64,000 nt of DNA from Octopus bimaculoides (GCF_001194135.2 NC_068981.1:76758049-76822048), one strand, 5' to 3'; shown: positions 1 to 14,445, counted from the stretch's first letter. Made by a program: numbers and translations. Notes: generated from the sequence alone by a model not told the origin.

Positions 1-1019
1 TATGAATGTAGCTGATAAGGGTGTACGAATGTGTTTCTCTATACTCGCGCCCACAAATGTTTAGGAGAAAAACAATGGCATTCTAAATAAAACGGTGAAT
101 ATTGTCTCGGATACTAATACAGACAGGAAACATAATTTCATATTAGTGGTGATCATGATTATGATGATGTTGAATATTATGTTGTTGTTGGCGTTGTTGT
201 TGTTGGTGGTGGTGGTGTTGGTGGTGGTGGGGTTGGGGTGGTATGTGGAGGAGGTGGTCGTGGTAGTCGTCGTCGTCGTCGTGGTTGTAATAATCGTTGT
301 GGTCGTGGTCGTGAGAAAAAGAAGAAGAAAGAAAGAAAGAAAGAAAGAACGAAAGATAGTAAGAAAGAAAGAAAGGAAGAAAGAACGAAAGAAAGAAAGA
401 AAGACAGAAAGAAAGAAGGAAGGAAAGAAAGAAAGAAAGAACTGACCGACAAAGATGAGGATGAAAAAAGATTAATAGAAAGGGAAATAAAGAAGATTAT
501 GCAAGTGTTGGTGAATTAATAAAAGAAAGGAAGCGAAGTGCAAAACCTAAAGAATTATATAAAAAAAAAGATCATCGAAAGGTTGTAGGTGGAGACAGAA
601 ACAAAGAATATAGTGTGACAAAAATGTGTTAAAAAGAGAAGATATGATAGAAAGAGTGAAATGAAAGACAGACATATCAAGTAATATAGGAAGAAAGCAA
701 AATAGAAATAAAATAGAAAGAAAATTGTAGGAAATATAAAGGCAAGAAAGTGTATGAGACTTAATGAAAAATAAATTAAATATAATAAAAATGCCAGAAT
801 AATACATCGGATGCTGGAAAAAATATGTCTGGAGAAAATAATATCTATCGGTTTATAGAACAGAGGAGAGAAAGAGGGAATGGCAGAGGAGAGGGGGCGA
901 GAGAAAGGTGTGAGGGAAGATGAAAAGACGTGAGAAGGGAACATTCAAGAACGTAAAGATACATGGAAGCAAGTAGTCACCTGAGAGGAATCTCTTTCAC
1001 TGACACTAAGACATGTTTT

Positions 1020-1195
1020 GTAGGAGGGTACAGTTGATTAAATAAATTCCAGTAGTTGACTGGTACGTATTTTATCGACCACAGAGGAACCATAAATAGA
1101 GATGACTCCGATGAGAATTGATCTCACAACGTAAGTGAGCGTTTACTAAATGCTACAAAACAATTTTTCCGGCGCTCTACCGAGTCGGCCCACCA
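1020..1195 (-). mobile_element. Degraded tRNA-derived SINE, family 2 (ggcgagctggcagaa... type)
   Basis: Reverse complement resembles the copies at 15340-15555 and 16402-16625: A-box-like head and an internal gtcgataaa...gtaccagt core. Confidence 0.55.
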
Positions 1196-1629
1196 GTGAA
1201 TTAAACCGGCCAATTATACAAATAGCCATAAAATTATATAGCATTGTACTATTGTAATAAAGCGTAGCTGTTAATTGTGATTTCATCAGTGAAGCATAGG
1301 ATTAATTAGGAAGTCTCTATGATGCCTGTCGACCAGCTAAGTTTAACTGTGATATCCATCAAATCATACTCTGCTTTCTTAAAGAATAGATGGAAACACT
1401 AAACAAAGCAATCTTAGGAACGCCCTAACGATAAAGACACTGCGCATAGCCTCGTTCAGGGTTCAACTGGAGATAAATAACACAGAATTTGTTAATATTT
1501 ATATGAAGCTTCAAGAAGGAAGTTCCAGAGTGGGAGGAATAAAAGAGCTGGAAAATAACTTTCAGTAATTAAATATATTTCTTACTTTCTCTTGAATTGA
1601 AATCCCGACTGGCCTTACATTTTGTCTCT

Positions 1630-1709
1630 CTCTTTATCTCTCTCTTTTTCTATCTCTCCCCCTCTCTCTATCTCTCTCTCTCTCTCTCTCTCTCATTCTC
1701 TCTCTCTCT

Positions 1710-1785
<76 letters not shown>
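1630..1785. repeat. (CT)n microsatellite
   Basis: Direct reading; source of the LSLSLS ORFs. Confidence 0.95.
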
Positions 1786-1787
<2 letters not shown>

Positions 1788-4494
1788 GTGTGTGTATATG
1801 TGTGGAGAACATCAAGGAAGGATGTACAAATTACCTACAATACTGGGTATATTATTTCTCCATTCATCAAAACGCCGGGTAATCGAGTCGGATACCGAAA
1901 AGAACCAAAAGGCAAAAGATCAGGGATTTATGAACGGCAATCAACAATGTCTTGCTTCTGGATTTAATACACAAGACTTTCAAATGCCCAATCGTAAATT
2001 GGTATTCCATGCAAGTGCATTTGGTGAGATTATCACTTAGAGTCGGAAAAGTAACTTAGAATCGCTGGCAGAAATTCCATCATATTTTAATCTAATCTAC
2101 ATATATCTTAACTTTTCAAAGATTATCATAACAGATGTGTTAGCTAAAGAAAAATCATTTTGACTCTGCGCTGAATATGTTTCAGTTATCGATTATCGGT
2201 ATTTCATATTGCATTTCAAAGACTAACCTTTCACTTCAGAGTCTGAGTTTATTTGTATTTCAATCAAGTACTAACTCATTATAAAGTTTATATGAGACCA
2301 TAGATTATTTCCCACCGCATCCATGGCAGAGCTTTTCTTACACCCACTGGCATATGAGACAGCAACCAGATAAACACCACTTGATTTCTTGGCATAAGGT
2401 CTGTCCAACATCCAGCTTACTTTCTTGCTATCTTTTTTTTTACTACAACTATTCTACCGTTACTAGATTGATTTTTGCACTGGTAGAAGTGTTGTTTGTG
2501 ACACTAAGAACATACACTCTTTCTCTCATCACTCTCCAGCCTCTGAGATGTCGGCCTAACCACTACGTCTAGTCCTTCCGGAGTTCTTACCTCTTATTTT
2601 CTTACTGCAGTTATTGACTTGTAATAGTTTAAGTGAAAACAACGGTATCCATCCTATCATCGCGAAGGGACTTCAAAACATATGAGCACTGTTTCTTCTT
2701 GCAGGCGTAAGTAATAAAAAAGAAAAATCAATGCAATGTTACTTGTGCCTTTGGCAAAAAAATCAATGTTTCAATATGCACCCATATGCCATGTCGCAAA
2801 ATCTGAAATGTAGATCTACATCAGGAAATTTGCTTCGGTTGCTGTCGGTTTCGGCCCAAGTTTCCTTGATCACTCTATTCTATGATCAACGGTTATAACT
2901 ATGAGAGTGTCATCTTATTTTAGACGTAGTACCGTTTGGAATATAACGTACACTGGTTGTAGACTTCACTGGTCACTTGGGTAACAATGTTACAAGCATT
3001 AGAGCCAGGCGTTGTTGTTTTAAGTATGGCCTTATAACTTTTGATAAGTCGCTATAATGTCATTCAAAGAAGTTTTGACAATTAAATTCCTTTCGGTCGA
3101 ACAACCGTTAAGAAGTTCTATCTTTGGCGTGGTAGTCGATGAGGATGAATTTGGGAGAAATATAAATATTTCCGACAAACTACATCCCTCTATTCAATTT
3201 TGTGTTTAAACTCTGCTAGGCTGTCAAGATAGGTATATATGATGATGTAAATTCAATCACGTATTTATCTTTCGTACTAACATTGATTTTATGTTTATGA
3301 AATTTATATTTTTTCTAGGGCTACGAGGACCGTCAGCTGGCAATAACAGTAATTTACTAAAAGGAATACATATGATCTTAAAGAATTTACTTTCGGTCTT
3401 TTCAACTCATAGTCTTGTCATATATTTTTTTTGTTTGTTTGTTTATATTTCTGACGGTAGCGAGTAGAGAGGTGAACATTATCGGGTAAAAACATAACTC
3501 TCTACCAATGATGAAATGGCTTCGATAGACCCTTGTGTATAGGCAAGTGATAATCATTACACGAATACTGTCGAAACATTAACAGTACAAGTAACAGTAC
3601 AAGGGGAGACCTTCTTTTTTCTACATTTACCGTTTCTGCTGATGGTATTTGTCAATAATCTGTTCTTAATTCATATTATTTATTTTCCATTTAGTTTGCT
3701 GAAATTCCGATTCCCTTCACTTTTGTAATTTGGTTAGTGTTTTTTTTTTCCTTTTTTTCTTTTTGTTGCTATGATATTTTTTTCTTTTTATTTCATCAAG
3801 GAACTCTAAATATTTAAATTCAGTACCAATAGAGTATCGATGCCTTACTCTGTGAATAGTTGATGTGATGATAGCAAAGAATGCTCCGCTTTCATACACA
3901 TGCAGGTACGTATACACAAACACACTCACAAACGCACATACACACACACACACGCACACACACAAACACACACACATACACACACACACGCACGCACACA
4001 CACGCAAACACGATCACAAATATATGAACCAACACGCACAAACAGCACATACACAAAAACAAAATACAAATCTAGGGAGTAAATTCAGTCGGATAAAAGT
4101 ACTGAGGTAGAAGAAATGCAATCAAACATCCTAAATATTTACTTTTTTTTTTCCATCCTATAAACCAGGTTTTCCCTATACATGTTTGTTTGCGAAGTGG
4201 AGATTCATTTTTCTGCATTCCCTTTTCTATTCCATTCTTTACATCATTTTCGCTTTTGTTTCTTTTTCAATTCATTATCTTGTGTTTGATTTGATGCATT
4301 TTATTACACACACACACAGACACTCACACTTACACACAAACACGCTCATAGGTATATGTATGCATATCATGTAAAAAACGTACGCATCTGTAGGTACGTA
4401 AACTATCTACATATGCTCAGGCATACGCATACACACACATACACACACACATGGTATATCATATATATATGTATTTATATATGTATGTATGTAT

Positions 4495-4562
<68 letters not shown>

Positions 4563-5211
4563 NNNNNNNNNNNNNNNNNNNNNNNNNNNNNNNNNNNNNN
4601 NNNNNNNNNNNNNNNNNNNNNNNNNNNNNNNNNNNNNNNNNNNNNNNNNNNNNNNNNNNNNNNNNNNNNNNNNNNNNNNNNNNNNNNNNNNNNNNNNNNN
4701 NNNNNNNNNNNNNNNNNNNNNNNNNNNNNNNNNNNNNNNNNNNNNNNNNNNNNNNNNNNNNNNNNNNNNNNNNNNNNNNNNNNNNNNNNNNNNNNNNNNN
4801 NNNNNNNNNNNNNNNNNNNNNNNNNNNNNNNNNNNNNNNNNNNNNNNNNNNNNNNNNNNNNNNNNNNNNNNNNNNNNNNNNNNNNNNNNNNNNNNNNNNN
4901 NNNNNNNNNNNNNNNNNNNNNNNNNNNNNNNNNNNNNNNNNNNNNNNNNNNNNNNNNNNNNNNNNNNNNNNNNNNNNNNNNNNNNNNNNNNNNNNNNNNN
5001 NNNNNNNNNNNNNNNNNNNNNNNNNNNNNNNNNNNNNNNNNNNNNNNNNNNNNNNNNNNNNNNNNNNNNNNNNNNNNNNNNNNNNNNNNNNNNNNNNNNN
5101 NNNNNNNNNNNNNNNNNNNNNNNNNNNNNNNNNNNNNNNNNNNNNNNNNNNNNNNNNNNNNNNNNNNNNNNNNNNNNNNNNNNNNTATGTATGCATATAT
5201 ATATGTGTGTG

Positions 5212-5244
<33 letters not shown>

Positions 5245-5680
5245 GCATATATACATACATATTTATGTGTGTGTGCGCGCATGTGTCTAATGTACCTGTG
5301 TGTATCTGGCTCTAGGTTTTTGTTCTTGCTTTCAAATCTTGCTTTTACTTCTTGCATTCTTCATTTCAGCTATTACATTTTTTCCCCAACTTACTCCAAG
5401 AATTTCTGTATGTTCTTATATTGTTACATTTATTTTATATCCAACAAGCTGTCTATCTAACTTTCTATCAAGGTATAGCTTTTTCGCTCTTCCTTTCTAC
5501 CTATACAAACGCACACATACAAAACCACAAAGAAACACTCCAAAAAGCACACACATAAGCATGAATTTGACTTCATATATACTAGTACACATGTAAAATC
5601 TTAAATAGATGTATCACAGCAGTCTTCTATATAATACACATACACACACACGCACATACACACACATATACATACATACA

Positions 5681-5716
<36 letters not shown>

Positions 5717-5795
5717 TATATATACATTTGTATAAATACGGTTACTCACAACGGTGTTCCATATAACATATACATATTATCTATCTATATATCCA

Positions 5796-6286
<491 letters not shown>

Positions 6287-6991
6287 NNNNNNNNNNNNNN
6301 NNNNNNNNNNNNNNNNNNNNNNNNNNNNNNNNNNNNNNNNNNNNNNNNNNNNNNNNNNNNNNNNNNNNNNNNNNNNNNNNNNNNNNNNNNNNNNNNNNNN
6401 NNNNNNNNNNNNNNNNNNNNNNNNNNNNNNNNNNNNNNNNNNNNNNNNNNNNNNNNNNNNNNNNNNNNNNNNNNNNNNNNNNNNNNNNNNNNNNNNNNNN
6501 NNNNNNNNNNNNNNNNNNNNNNNNNNNNNNNNNNNNNNNNNNNNNNNNNNNNNNNNNNNNNNNNNNNNNNNNNNNNNNNNNNNNNNNNNNNNNNNNNNNN
6601 NNNNNNNNNNNNNNNNNNNNNNNNNNNNNNNNNNNNNNNNNNNNNNNNNNNNNNNNNNNNNNNNNNNNNNNNNNNNNNNNNNNNNNNNNNNNNNNNNNNN
6701 NNNNNNNNNNNNNNNNNNNNNNNNNNNNNNNNNNNNNNNNNNNNNNNNNNNNNNNNNNNNNNNNNNNNNNNNNNNNNNNNNNNNNNNNNNNNNNNNNNNN
6801 NNNNNNNNNNNNNNNNNNNNNNNNNNNNNNNNNNNNNNNNNNNNNNNACACGCACGCACATATACAAGCATACAAACACATACACACACACACACACACA
6901 CACATAAATGCACAAATATGTATATGAAAAGATGTAATTACGCGAGCATGTATGTATATATCCATTTACATATATTGAGAGAAGAGAGATA

Positions 6992-7037
<46 letters not shown>

Positions 7038-7792
7038 CAGAAAGAAGAGAGACAGAGAAATAGACAGACAGTCAGACAGACAGAGAGTCAGAGAAACAGG
7101 CAGACAGAGTGACCTTTATGCGTATGCAAATAAGCATTTTGGGTGTGTCGTACGCACTTGAATGTGTGTGTAGGTGCGTGTTCATATATGTGTGGGTGTT
7201 TATTAGGGCGTTTAATGAAACAAACAGCCCTCAAAATCTAAATAAATCGGAATATTAATCTTCCGTATGTATAAATTTCTTTAAGGAAATGAAATCCACG
7301 ATTCAAGGTATCACGGGGAACATCAAAGAAATATGTACGTATATNNNNNNNNNNNNNNNNNNNNNNNNNNNNNNNNNNNNNNNNNNNNNNNNNNNNNNNN
7401 NNNNNNNNNNNNNNNNNNNNNNNNNNNNNNNNNNNNNNNNNNNNNNNNNNNNNNNNNNNNNNNNNNNNNNNNNNNNNNNNNNNNNNNNNNNNNNNNNNNN
7501 NNNNNNNNNNNNNNNNNNNNNNNNNNNNNNNNNNNNNNNNNNNNNNNNNNNNNNNNNNNNNNNNNNNNNNNNNNNNNNNNNNNNNNNNNNNNNNNNNNNN
7601 NNNNNNNNNNNNNNNNNNNNNNNNNNNNNNNNNNNNNNNNNNNNNNNNNNNNNNNNNNNNNNNNNNNNNNNNNNNNNNNNNNNNNNNNNNNNNNNNNNNN
7701 NNNNNNNNNNNNNNNNNNNNNNNNNNNNNNNNNNNNNNNNNNNNNNNNNNNNNNNNNNNNNNNNNNNNNNNNNNNNNNNNNNNNNNNNNNNN

Positions 7793-7867
<75 letters not shown>

Positions 7868-7893
7868 CATATATATGCACATATATATGTGTG

Positions 7894-7924
<31 letters not shown>

Positions 7925-8441
7925 ATAACATTCTAAAGGAAAGGAAAAAGCTTTAACATAACTTGTTCATTTTCATTTGAAAGATTCATGGTGAAAAAAC
8001 TTATTTAAAACAATGAATCTATTTACGTCACTATCTTTTGTTTATGCGGATCGTAACGTAATACACAAGGGAAGAAGGTTAATGTGAAAATAGTTACCCT
8101 AGAATGTTTATTTCTTTCTAAATATCTTACATGATATACCTCGTATGTTTATCCATTCCTTAACATTTTTTAACGTAGTTTACGGTAGTGTTTACATCTC
8201 CCGAGATTTTGCTGCCTCCTTCTCTCTCTCCCTCTCACTCTCTCCCCCTCTCTCCCCCTCTCTCATTCTTTTTCTCTCCCAGACATTCGGATACGTACAT
8301 ATACATGTAGACACATCTCACACAGAGAAACGTAACACATTCATACCTACCTATATATATATATGTATATATATGCCTGTGTGGTAAGAAGCCTGCTTTC
8401 CAACAGCATGGTTCCGGGTACAGTCCCACTGCGTGGCACCT

Positions 8442-8513
8442 TGGACAAATGCTTCCCTGAGCATGGACAAATGCTTCCCTGGGCATGGATGAATGCTTCC
8501 CTGGGCATGGACA
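8442..8513. repeat. 22-bp minisatellite, ~3.3 copies (tggacaaatgcttccctgggca)
   Basis: Units at 8442-8463, 8464-8485, 8486-8507 plus a partial fourth; adjacent with no spacers. Confidence 0.9.
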
Positions 8514-8514
8514 C

Positions 8515-8745
8515 ATTGGGCACCTTTTTGAATTTCGTATGACAAACCAGCACCCATGACTTTCGAAAACTTTTTTCATGCCCAGATTTATTTAAGTATA
8601 GGATAAACTAACCACGTCAGTCGTTAGCTGCCGAGACACTACATCCTTCAAAACTTCCATGCTTCCTGTGAAATCCACCAACAGTACACCTAATGGCTTC
8701 TTTTTTCTCAGCTGAGCATTGTATACAACAATTTCTTTCATATTA
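8515..8745 (-). pseudogene. Possible decayed LINE reverse-transcriptase fragment
   Basis: Translation KKPLGVLLVDF followed, after a frameshift, by SYEIQKG loosely parallels the RT motifs 'L.VAFVDF.KAFD' and 'F.I.KGV.QG'. Confidence 0.3.
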
Positions 8746-9379
8746 GAAGTGTCTTCTACTATAGCATGCAGCCGACCAAATCTTTGTGAGTGGATTTGGT
8801 TCACAGAACCTGAAAGAAGGCTGTTGTGTATATATATTTAGACAGATCACAGAGGCTAAACACATACCAATAAACAAACCGAGCCTCAAGAGAAAATCCG
8901 ATTGAAACAATAACACCCACCACAACACCACACAACATGATGACTTAAGTCAGAAGGGAGAAAAAAAAACAGATATTAGCAATGTAATACACACACAATA
9001 GATAAATATGGACGTACCTATGATAAATATAAATATAAGAAATACAGATAAATAATAAAAAAGAAAGCAGTATAAAGGGCACGGATACAAGAAACCTAGT
9101 AAGCGAACCCATATACACACGCAAACACCCATACAATAACTTCATAAACGGCTGCAACAACATCAACAATGCGACCAACAATGACAACAGCAACAGCGGC
9201 AACATCAACAACATCAACAACAACATGGGCGAGCACACAAACACAGTGATACAGGTGCGGTACCAAAAGTCGGAATGAAGACCAGCAGCAGTGGCAACAG
9301 GGGAGGAGGAGGGGCTGAGGGTAGGTCATAGTACTACTAAGCACAACCTCACACACACACATACACATATACAGACGCA

Positions 9380-9590
9380 AACGCAATCGCACATAAAGAT
9401 ACACATCATAAAAGAACAGAATGGATTAAGCGGAGCATGAGCACACACGAGGACAGAAAATGTCACTGAAGAGATCAAAGATGTGTGACGAAAGATTTCT
9501 GGACAATGAGACATGAGTTAAAATAAGAACAGTAATAAACGAATGAATAACGAATATATAATTCGTGTGTTTATTTGAGAAAAAAAAAAA
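9380..9590 (+). mobile_element. HHR-bearing short repeat, family B (copy 1)
   Basis: Shares ggattaag.ggagca...acacacg.ggac, the HHR block and aatatata.t.cgtgtgtttatt with 36370-36590 and partly with 25680-25820. Confidence 0.65.
9461..9505 (+). ncRNA. Degenerate minimal type I hammerhead ribozyme (family B)
   Basis: UGUCA-CUGAAGA-G-AUCAA AGAUGU GUGAC-GAAAG-AU-UUC-UGGACA; core intact but the stem II closing pair is mismatched. Confidence 0.5.
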
Positions 9591-10310
9591 TATATATATC
9601 CGTTTCAATACACGGTTTCACAACAAGAAATTTGCAACGCAACTTCATAAACGTGTGTGCATACATATATATATATATATATATATATANNNNNNNNNNN
9701 NNNNNNNNNNNNNNNNNNNNNNNNNNNNNNNNNNNNNNNNNNNNNNNNNNNNNNNNNNNNNNNNNNNNNNNNNNNNNNNNNNNNNNNNNNNNNNNNNNNN
9801 NNNNNNNNNNNNNNNNNNNNNNNNNNNNNNNNNNNNNNNNNNNNNNNNNNNNNNNNNNNNNNNNNNNNNNNNNNNNNNNNNNNNNNNNNNNNNNNNNNNN
9901 NNNNNNNNNNNNNNNNNNNNNNNNNNNNNNNNNNNNNNNNNNNNNNNNNNNNNNNNNNNNNNNNNNNNNNNNNNNNNNNNNNNNNNNNNNNNNNNNNNNN
10001 NNNNNNNNNNNNNNNNNNNNNNNNNNNNNNNNNNNNNNNNNNNNNNNNNNNNNNNNNNNNNNNNNNNNNNNNNNNNNNNNNNNNNNNNNNNNNNNNNNNN
10101 NNNNNNNNNNNNNNNNNNNNNNNNNNNNNNNNNNNNNNNNNNNNNNNNNNNNNNNNNNNNNNNNNNNNNNNNNNNNNNNNNNNNNNNNNNNNNNNNNNNN
10201 NNNNNNNNNNNNNNNNNNNNNNNNNNNNNNNNNNNNNNNNNNNNNNNNNNNNNNNNNNNNNNNNNNNNNNNNNNNNNNNNNNNNNNNNNNNNNNNNNNNN
10301 NNNNNNNNNN

Positions 10311-10357
<47 letters not shown>

Positions 10358-10365
10358 TGTGTGTG

Positions 10366-10403
<38 letters not shown>

Positions 10404-10529
10404 CATCTGAATGTAAACGCATACACACACTCACGCAGACACACATACATACAGCACAGAAGCCGTTTGGCGTGTGGTTGTTCATATACATAACACTGGC
10501 TACTCCAATTTATCACTCTGTGGAACTGA

Positions 10530-11010
10530 ACCGGAAGTTTGCGTTGTAGAAAGAATTCCTTAAACACAGTCATGTCACATACAACGAACAGTTCACAACA
10601 TCAGTACTATTGGTGGTCAATGCGTAATCATCAGCAAGTGACATATTTCTCACTGAAGTATGCATAAGCTTTGGTCTTATCTGTGAATCTGTCTTGGGAT
10701 CTTGCTTGACTTCACAAACACTCACTGATTTGTGGGTCGGCTTCATTAACATCGCTAACAACATGTAAAAGGAGAAAATGCTGGAACTATCACGCAAACC
10801 TGCTTAACGTCCACTACAATGTCAATTTCTGGAGAGCTGGTAATCCCCTACATGAGATGATTGCCTGTTGGGGAATAAACTCTCAAAAAATTCAAACCTT
10901 CTTAGTGCCTGTTGTAGACCAAATGGGATTACCGTGATGAATACTTTCATAAATGAACAGAGACGGGATACAATTTCTTCTCTTGTTCTACACATTTCTT
11001 TTGGATCTGA
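10530..11010 (-). pseudogene. RTE-like LINE reverse-transcriptase remnant
   Basis: Frameshifted translations KEMCRT..., VDVKQVCVIVP (cf. GVKQGCVLAP) and VRNMSLADDYAL (cf. LLFADD.AL). Confidence 0.65.
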
Positions 11011-11178
11011 TATGCGAAAACTATACACACACACACACCCACGTATATATAATTTAATAACAGTTTTATTAAATAATATACGTAACACCTACCAAAAGTG
11101 TTGAGTACCACTTTCTAACGTTTGTCCAATAACAATTATATATTTTTCTTCACTGCTAAAAATATTATTCTCCAAATA

Positions 11179-11343
11179 GGCACCGGAGTGGCTGTGTAGT
11201 AAGAAGCGTGCTTCTCGATCACATGGTTCCGGGTACAGTTCCACAGTGGGGCACCTTAGGCAAGAGTCTTCTACTATAGCCTCGAACCGACTAAAACCTT
11301 GTGAGTGGATTTGGTAGACGGAAACTGAAAGAAGCCCGTCGTA

Positions 11344-11383
<40 letters not shown>

Positions 11384-11588
11384 TTTGTGTGTCTGTGTTT
11401 GTCCCGCCACCGACCATCGCTTAAAAACAGATGTTGGTGTGTTTACGTCCCCGTAACTTAGCGGTTCGGCAAAAGTAGCCAATAGAATAAGTACTAAATT
11501 AATCAGTCCTGGGATCAATTTTCATCGATTAAACCAGGTGCTCCACCATGGCCGCAGTTGAATGACTGAAACAAGTAAAAGAATAAAA
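11179..11588 (+). mobile_element. Full-length tRNA-derived SINE, family 1, with internal (TA)n
   Basis: A-box-like ggagtggctgtgtagtaag, B-box-like ggttccgggtacagttcc, conserved body and 3' end gaatgactgaaacaagtaaaagaataaaa; many copies in the window. Confidence 0.9.
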
Positions 11589-13539
11589 AAGTATACACAC
11601 ATGTATACACATGGGCTCATCAAGCTTGACTGTATATCTAATCACTCCAGTCTAACCACTACATCTCTGAAGATCGTTAGGAAATTCGTTCTTTCATTTA
11701 ACCAGAAGAAGCAGTGTAATGAAAGCACAGAAAGAACATTTCGTTTTTTCACGATAAACAATTGTAAGAATATGTGTTCCTACTAAGCATGATATTATAC
11801 TGTACAGCAAATATTCATTTACGTTTAATATTTTCGCTGGGAAATAAACATTTTGTGAGTATAATTTGATTAAAACTAGATAATTAAAGTGTGACTTTTT
11901 GAGATCCTGTGAATCTTATTACCATATATAGGATGTCATGATCCAGTAAATGTATATGTGTAAATGTATTTTTCTGTTCATCAGACCCAGACAGACAGAC
12001 GGAATGATAGATACAGCCATACATTGATACACAGACAGATATGCGTGCATGGGTGTATGTAAATATATATAAACATACATATATATGTATGTAAATATAT
12101 ATGTATNNNNNNNNNNNNNNNNNNNNNNNNNNNNNNNNNNNNNNNNNNNNNNNNNNNNNNNNNNNNNNNNNNNNNNNNNNNNNNNNNNNNNNNNNNNNNN
12201 NNNNNNNNNNNNNNNNNNNNNNNNNNNNNNNNNNNNNNNNNNNNNNNNNNNNNNNNNNNNNNNNNNNNNNNNNNNNNNNNNNNNNNNNNNNNNNNNNNNN
12301 NNNNNNNNNNNNNNNNNNNNNNNNNTATATATATATAAGAAAGCATTTCGTGAATATTACCTGAAATAGATTGTCTTCCTAAAGAACGAATGATATTCTT
12401 ATCTCTTGTTTTTCTGGTGAATTAGAATGGTGAGTTATATAATAAGCAATAGCCCTTGCTATCTCCTTAAGCTAATGACACGCACAAACACACATATGCA
12501 TGTACATATGATTGTATGTGTATATGTGCGTGTGTGTATGTATACACATATATACACACATATGGATGTGAATATGTAAATCCACGTTTTGTCCATACTT
12601 ATTTGTTCTTGAATTGTTTTAATCAATTGACAATTAGGGGACTTCTAGCGTGTATTAATGCTACTGTAGTTATCCATTAACTTAAACTCGGTTCCTAATA
12701 TAAAGTTTTATTCCCGGACATGGCAATTCTTACCTGAAAAGTGCTTCGCACCATTATTTCTATAGCTCTGTTATTCTTGTTCTCAGTGATATATACAAAA
12801 AATTATGCATTGTTTTCTACTGATGGAAAACTTGGAAGTCATGCGCTTTCCCAAACACCATTCAAAATGAATACATTTTACCAAGTTTCCGAAAGAGTGA
12901 AATTACTATAAGTATCACGATGTAAATGTTCGAAATTTATGGTTTTAGTACTTGGGGAAATCTTTAAACTGAGCCTGCTTAACTTAGGAATGCCAGTAAT
13001 TGACAAGTCTCTTAAACATTAAAATGTTAAATGGATGTTTTTTTTTTTTAAATTCGTTATTAACGACGGGGCAGCATTAGTTCCGAATTGCAAGATGTAC
13101 ATCTTACTTAACTTGGATATACAATAAGAAATTCACAATAGTTAGTTCCGTCACAAATGACGGATTTTTACAGATATATGCAAATCCACTGATTTGTTTA
13201 TCACTGTTTCTCCATATCCACTGGAAAGGAAATATATCTTAACATGCGCTTCATTGCAGATACTTGCTAGCAATGACAAGTAAACGCAAAAATCTCGGTA
13301 CCTAGCAAATACACTGCTGTTGCTGAACACTTTTGTCCGTTTTTGATACTTGAGTGCTTTTTAGCGCTATATGTCTATGCGAGATGTTTTCTCAAGACGA
13401 CATTACAGTATTGCGGTTTTCTTAAAGTACATCCATGCTAAGGAAGATATACAGATTTCTATGCGTAAAATTTTCCATTTTCCATTTTGTAATAATTTTC
13501 TTTTTTATGTAGTCAAATAATACCTTTTCTTTACCACGC

Positions 13540-13690
13540 TGGGCAAAATACTTAGTGGCAATTTATCCATCTTTACGTTCTCAGTTCAAATTCTGAGCAA
13601 ATTGACTCTGCCTTTCATTTCATCCTTTCGGAGTAGACAAAGGTACCAGTGAATCACTGGGGGTCGATGTAATCGACTTACACCTTTTCC
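13540..13690 (+). mobile_element. SINE family 2 copy
   Basis: ttacgttctcagttcaaattc...ctttcatcctttcgg...ggggtcgatgtaatcgact matches 16402-16625. Confidence 0.75.
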
Positions 13691-14392
13691 CTATTTATCT
13701 ACCTATCTATTTATCAATACGCGTGCGCGCGCGCACGTGTGTGTGTCTGTGTTGTATGTGTGTTTGTGTTGTGTGTTTGTGAATATTGTGTGTATATTGC
13801 ATGCACTTGAAAGAATAATTTTAGTATGAAGCCTGTCATTGAATTCATAACACTCCATGTTCTTCAATTTACTGCAAATATATTAATAACATTTATATAT
13901 ATTTTCGCACGAAGTTCGTTAGAGTTTGTCTATTTATTGTTTCATTTTTTTTTCTGGCGAAATACATAAACAACTCTTATTATGAAATTAGCGAAGAATC
14001 ATCACTACAGCTAACTGTTGAAAATATAATTTTAAAAAATTGTTCTTAACTCTTTTAGACACTGTATAACACAAATACGTTTCTCTTTCTTAACATAGAC
14101 AAATCATGAATCTCACTAAAAAAAATTGCTGCTGCTATTACTGTTTCCTATTCCTTTCCAGCTCCTCCCCGAGTGCCTGGAATTTCTGTCTCCGATTAAC
14201 TTCGGTGCGTTCTTATTTTCATGTTCGTGTGTCTTCCGATAGCAACACGATGATTGAGTAGCTTTATCCTTCTGCTAGGGGTACCAAAATCTTCAGAGTA
14301 TTTCAAGAGTTTTTATTTTTATGTTTAACCACCACGGACAGTGGGAAACGTTTGTTATGTTTATACAATCTTACCATAGACAGGAAAAGCAG

Positions 14393-14445
14393 AATTGATT
14401 GAAAGACAGTTTTGGGCCTTTTTATGCCTTCATCAGTAATCGATT
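14393..14445 (-). ncRNA. Degenerate hammerhead-like motif
   Basis: Minus strand: AAUCGAUUA-CUGAUGA-A-GGC AUAAAAAG GCC-CAAAAC-U-GUC-UUUCAAUCAAUU; CUGAUGA and stem II are intact, G12 is replaced by C. Confidence 0.35.

Larger units (their letters stand above)
8378..8830 (+). mobile_element. SINE family 1 5' half interrupted by a ~300-bp insertion
   Basis: SINE head (ctgtgtggtaagaagc...ggttccgggtacagtcccactgcgtggcaccttgg) breaks at about 8443 and resumes at about 8745 (aagtgtcttctactatagc). Confidence 0.75.

Noticed and set aside
95-944. ORFs rich in V, K/E/R, F and L
   Set aside because: They are translations of GTT/GTG, GAAA and purine-rich simple repeats.
2611-2707. Plus-strand exon-like segment (ctgcag| ... 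GC|GTAAGT) and an intron-like stretch at 3231-3318
   Set aside because: All three frames of the segment contain stops; it could only be non-coding and there is no other support.
3115-3215. DKLHPSIQF resembles the PLE motif LHPSIKF
   Set aside because: Too short, and no recognisable YxDD upstream.
8442-8513. 22-bp repeats (and 12-bp repeats at 27836-27885) as a CRISPR-like array
   Set aside because: Head-to-tail with no spacers, eukaryotic context, no cas genes.
8592-8804. VLLVDFTGSM resembles a vWA MIDAS motif
   Set aside because: It lies inside an insertion within a SINE, has no good acceptor site, and is better explained as an RT scrap.
12735-12910. Minus-strand donor CAG|GTAAGA
   Set aside because: Every candidate acceptor gives stops in all frames.
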